The position numbers were made by a program, and so were the translations under genes. Below the pieces are notes generated by a model. The model was given only the letters and a program-made list of their open reading frames with translations, ran no database searches and had not been told where the DNA came from. From Acidimicrobiales bacterium (GTDB lineage: Bacteria; Actinomycetota; Acidimicrobiia; Acidimicrobiales; Palsa-688), in assembly GCA_035533095.1 (NCBI GenBank), contig DATLUM010000012.1, positions 61 to 64,060 on the forward strand: DNA of 64,000 nucleotides, read 5' to 3'. Within the stretch, counting starts at the first letter, position 1. Each line of letters starts with the position of its first letter. Positions 61,743 to 64,000 of this stretch are shown one piece after another.

Positions 61743-61756
61743 GGGGCTAAAGACCC
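61743..61756. promoter_or_regulatory. DosR-box-like palindrome GGGGCTAAAGACCC
   Basis: Fits GGGNC-NWWN-GNCCC with a TA flank. 84 nt upstream of the USP start, in the divergent gap with the SDR gene. Confidence 0.5.
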
Positions 61757-61848
61757 AATCGGGACCGGCTGAACGGCTCGCCCATCGGCTCGATGAACAT
61801 CGCCGGAGGATAGGCCCGGCGACGCACCGCCGCTATGGTCGGGCGTCG

Positions 61849-62652
61849 ATGGGATCTCTTGACGGAAAGGTCGCACTGATAACCGGCGCCGCGCGCGGTC
61901 AGGGCCGCTCACACGCCGTCGCTCTCGCCTCCGAAGGCGCCGACATTGTCGTTTGCGACGTGCCACGCCGGATGTCCACCCTGACCTACCCGCTTGCAAC
62001 GCGCCAAGATCTCGAGCTCACCGCCAAGCTCGTCGAGCAGGCGGGCCGGCGCTGCCTCGCGGTGCGCCTCGACGTCCGCGATGCCGCCGCGGTGGATTCG
62101 GCGGTGGAGCAGACGGTGCGGGAGCTCGGACGGCTCGACATCGTGGTGGCCAACGCCGGCGTCGTGTCCACTGGTCCGTTGGCGGAACTGACGGACGAGG
62201 GCTGGGACGAACTGGTCTCGACGAACCTGGGTGGCGTCTTCCACATCCTTCGCGCCGCAATACCCGTGATGCGACGCCAGAAGTTCGGGCGCATCGTCGT
62301 CACCTCGTCCATGGGCGGTCGCATGGGGATACCGAACCTGGCGGCCTACAACGCGACGAAGTGGGGGACGATCGGCATGGCGAAGTCGCTCGCACTAGAG
62401 GTCGCCAAGGAGGGGATCACCGTCAACGTGATCTGCCCGACGACGGTGCAGACCCCGATGGTTCAGCCGGATCCCGACGCGGAGGTGCCGGACGACTTCA
62501 TAAAGCAGATGCTGCGCGCCAATCCCGTACCCCAGCCTTGGCTGCAGCCCGAGGATGTCAGCCGCGGCGTGCTCTACCTTGTCACGGACCCGGGTGTCAT
62601 AACGGGAAGCGTCCTGGAGGTGGGGCTCGGCTCGAGCGCCCGCATGCACTGA
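61849..62652 (+). CDS. SDR family oxidoreductase of the carveol-dehydrogenase-like (mycofactocin-coupled type) subgroup
   Basis: GKVALITGAARGQGRSHAVALASEGADIVVCD N-terminus is typical of that subgroup. YNATKWG active site. Confidence 0.8.
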   Translation: MGSLDGKVALITGAARGQGRSHAVALASEGADIVVCDVPRRMSTLTYPLATRQDLELTAKLVEQAGRRCLAVRLDVRDAAAVDSAVEQTVRELGRLDIVVANAGVVSTGPLAELTDEGWDELVSTNLGGVFHILRAAIPVMRRQKFGRIVVTSSMGGRMGIPNLAAYNATKWGTIGMAKSLALEVAKEGITVNVICPTTVQTPMVQPDPDAEVPDDFIKQMLRANPVPQPWLQPEDVSRGVLYLVTDPGVITGSVLEVGLGSSARMH

Positions 62653-62696
62653 GCCATCACCGGCCAATCACTGGGGACACCGGTGCTCCGGCGGGA

Positions 62697-62722
62697 AAAC
62701 AATCAGTCTTGACTGATTTGTT
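62697..62722. promoter_or_regulatory. operator-like palindrome AATCAGTC-TT-GACTGATT (extended with one bulge) upstream of the TetR gene
   Basis: 8-bp perfect arms at 62701-62708 and 62711-62718, in an AT-richer stretch 25 nt before ATG 62746. Confidence 0.5.
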
Positions 62723-62745
62723 CTCTGGTGGTACAAAAATCCCAA

Positions 62746-63417
62746 ATGGCCTCCGAGTGCATCGACCCGACGCCGGCCGCGCTTACCAGCCCGACCGGCC
62801 GCCCGCTCCAGAAGCGAGCGATCGACACCCGCGCGGCCCTGCTCGACGCGGCCATCGACTGCCTCGTCGAGCGCGGATACGCGGCGACGACGACGACCGA
62901 GACCGCCAGGCGCGCCCACGCTTCGCGCGGTGCGCAACTGCACCACTTCCCGACCAAGGCGGACCTGATGACCGCGGCCGTTGCCCGGCTGCTCGACCGG
63001 CGCGTCGAGGAGTTCCGCAAGGCGTTCGTCGACGTACCACCGGGCAACGGCAGGCTCGAGCACGCGGTCGACGTTCTGTGGTCGATGTTCGAGAGCCCTT
63101 GCTTCGTCGCGGTGGCCGAGCTCAAAGTTGCCGCCCGGACGGACCCGGAGCTCGCCTCGGCGGTTCGCGAGATGGACCGGCGTTTCGAAGAGGAGTGCCG
63201 GGCCGTCTACTCCGATCTTTTTCCCAACGAGGACGGGCACGACCCGGAATTCGACGAGATGGCAGTCGCCTTCTGCTTCGCGGTGATGGACGGTGTGGCG
63301 TTCCAGCGGCTCACCGGTAGCGAGTTTCAACGGCCGGTGCGTGACTACCTCGAGACCCTCAAGGCGATCGCCACCATTTTTCAAACCCCCACTGAGCCAG
63401 CGAGGAGGCAATCATGA
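62746..63417 (+). CDS. TetR family transcriptional regulator
   Basis: RAALLDAAIDCLVERGYAATTTTETARRAHASRGAQLHHFPTKADLM is the HTH region. The ORF track starts at GTG 62728. Confidence 0.85.
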   Translation: MASECIDPTPAALTSPTGRPLQKRAIDTRAALLDAAIDCLVERGYAATTTTETARRAHASRGAQLHHFPTKADLMTAAVARLLDRRVEEFRKAFVDVPPGNGRLEHAVDVLWSMFESPCFVAVAELKVAARTDPELASAVREMDRRFEEECRAVYSDLFPNEDGHDPEFDEMAVAFCFAVMDGVAFQRLTGSEFQRPVRDYLETLKAIATIFQTPTEPARRQS

Positions 63418-64000
63418 CGGTAGTTCCGGCTGAGTTGATAGACGAGGAAGCTCAGGCGCAGTCCGGATGGGACGGCCTTCTCGCTCGGCTCAGCAATCTG
63501 TCCGTCACCAAGCACTTCGACGCCTACGCCGACGTCGACTGGGACGGGCCCGAGATGCGCATCGACCGACACGACCCGCGCTGGGCTCTCGACGGCAATG
63601 ACCCGCTCGGTGCCACCGACTGGTACCGCGACCTCCCTCTCGAGACGCAGGCCTCGCTCGGTCTCGACCTCGTCGCGTCCAAGATGAAGATCGGGCTCCA
63701 GTTCGAGAGCATCCTGAAGCAGGGGCTCCTTCGCTTCGCGGCGGAGCTGCCGAACCGCTCACCCGAGTTCCGGTACTGCTATCACGAGCTGATCGAGGAA
63801 GCACACCACTCCTTGATGTTCCAGGAGTTCGTGAACCGGAGTGGGTTCGACGCGCGGGGGCTTTCGAAGGTCGACCGGGCGGGTGCCAGCTTCGTCGTCG
63901 GGCTCGCGCGGAGGTTCCCCGAGCTGTTCTTCGTGTTCGTCCTCGGGGGTGAGGACCCGATCGACCACGTCCAGCGGCGCGAGCTTCGCCGCGGGGGGAC
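63414..64000 (+). CDS. AurF-like diiron oxygenase family protein (5' part; runs off window end)
   Basis: Manual translation from ATG 63414 (ATGA overlap with the TetR stop) gives MTVVPAELIDEEAQAQSGWDG...YCYHELIEEAHHSLMFQEFV, with an E-x-x-H diiron motif. Open to the window end. Confidence 0.65.
   Translation, partial: MTVVPAELIDEEAQAQSGWDGLLARLSNLSVTKHFDAYADVDWDGPEMRIDRHDPRWALDGNDPLGATDWYRDLPLETQASLGLDLVASKMKIGLQFESILKQGLLRFAAELPNRSPEFRYCYHELIEEAHHSLMFQEFVNRSGFDARGLSKVDRAGASFVVGLARRFPELFFVFVLGGEDPIDHVQRRELRRGG

Noticed and set aside
1-64000. Looked for CRISPR arrays, IS elements/transposases, integrases, and tRNA/rRNA genes.
   Set aside because: No repeat-spacer periodicity was found; the only tandem repeats are coding (811-1020, 54693-55398). 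There are no DDE/recombinase-like ORFs, no T-arm/anticodon structures and no rRNA-like stretches.

Overview
This is a high-GC, actinobacterial-type chromosomal segment, densely coding on both strands, with about 65 protein genes. I found no rRNA, tRNA, CRISPR array, IS element or prophage genes.

Left part (1-23 kb): an ECF sigma/anti-sigma pair, lipoproteins, a DUF35-thiolase-ACAD-SDR lipid operon, a ferric-reductase/FMN-binding/ApbE trio, methyltransferases, and a stretch of decayed gene fragments.

Centre and right (23-62 kb): gene content resembles a mycobacterial DosR-type dormancy/hypoxia regulon. It holds three USP genes, two CBS proteins, Hsp20, DUF1918, two PPOX-like proteins, a USP-coupled P2 ATPase, a CBS-containing S2P protease, an Rv2004c-like kinase protein, Zn-ADHs, a P1B-5 ATPase with a hemerythrin tail, an ftsH paralogue and arcA-arcC. 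An envelope cluster is interspersed: a 1368-aa S8 peptidase with FG-GAP repeats, a secreted alpha/beta hydrolase, and a repeat-bearing MurNAc amidase lipoprotein.

Main hunt result: a 14-bp palindrome, GGGNC-NWWN-GNCCC (often TA-flanked, the same geometry as the M. tuberculosis DosR box), recurs in nearly every promoter gap of the stress genes. The only sensor-like and receiver-like genes present lack their phosphotransfer residues or domains.

Secondary observations: many truncated or frameshifted genes, a 14-bp perfect inverted repeat abutting an ADH start codon, and a 350-bp low-GC noncoding island.

All calls come from reading the ORF translations and DNA by eye. No database search was run.
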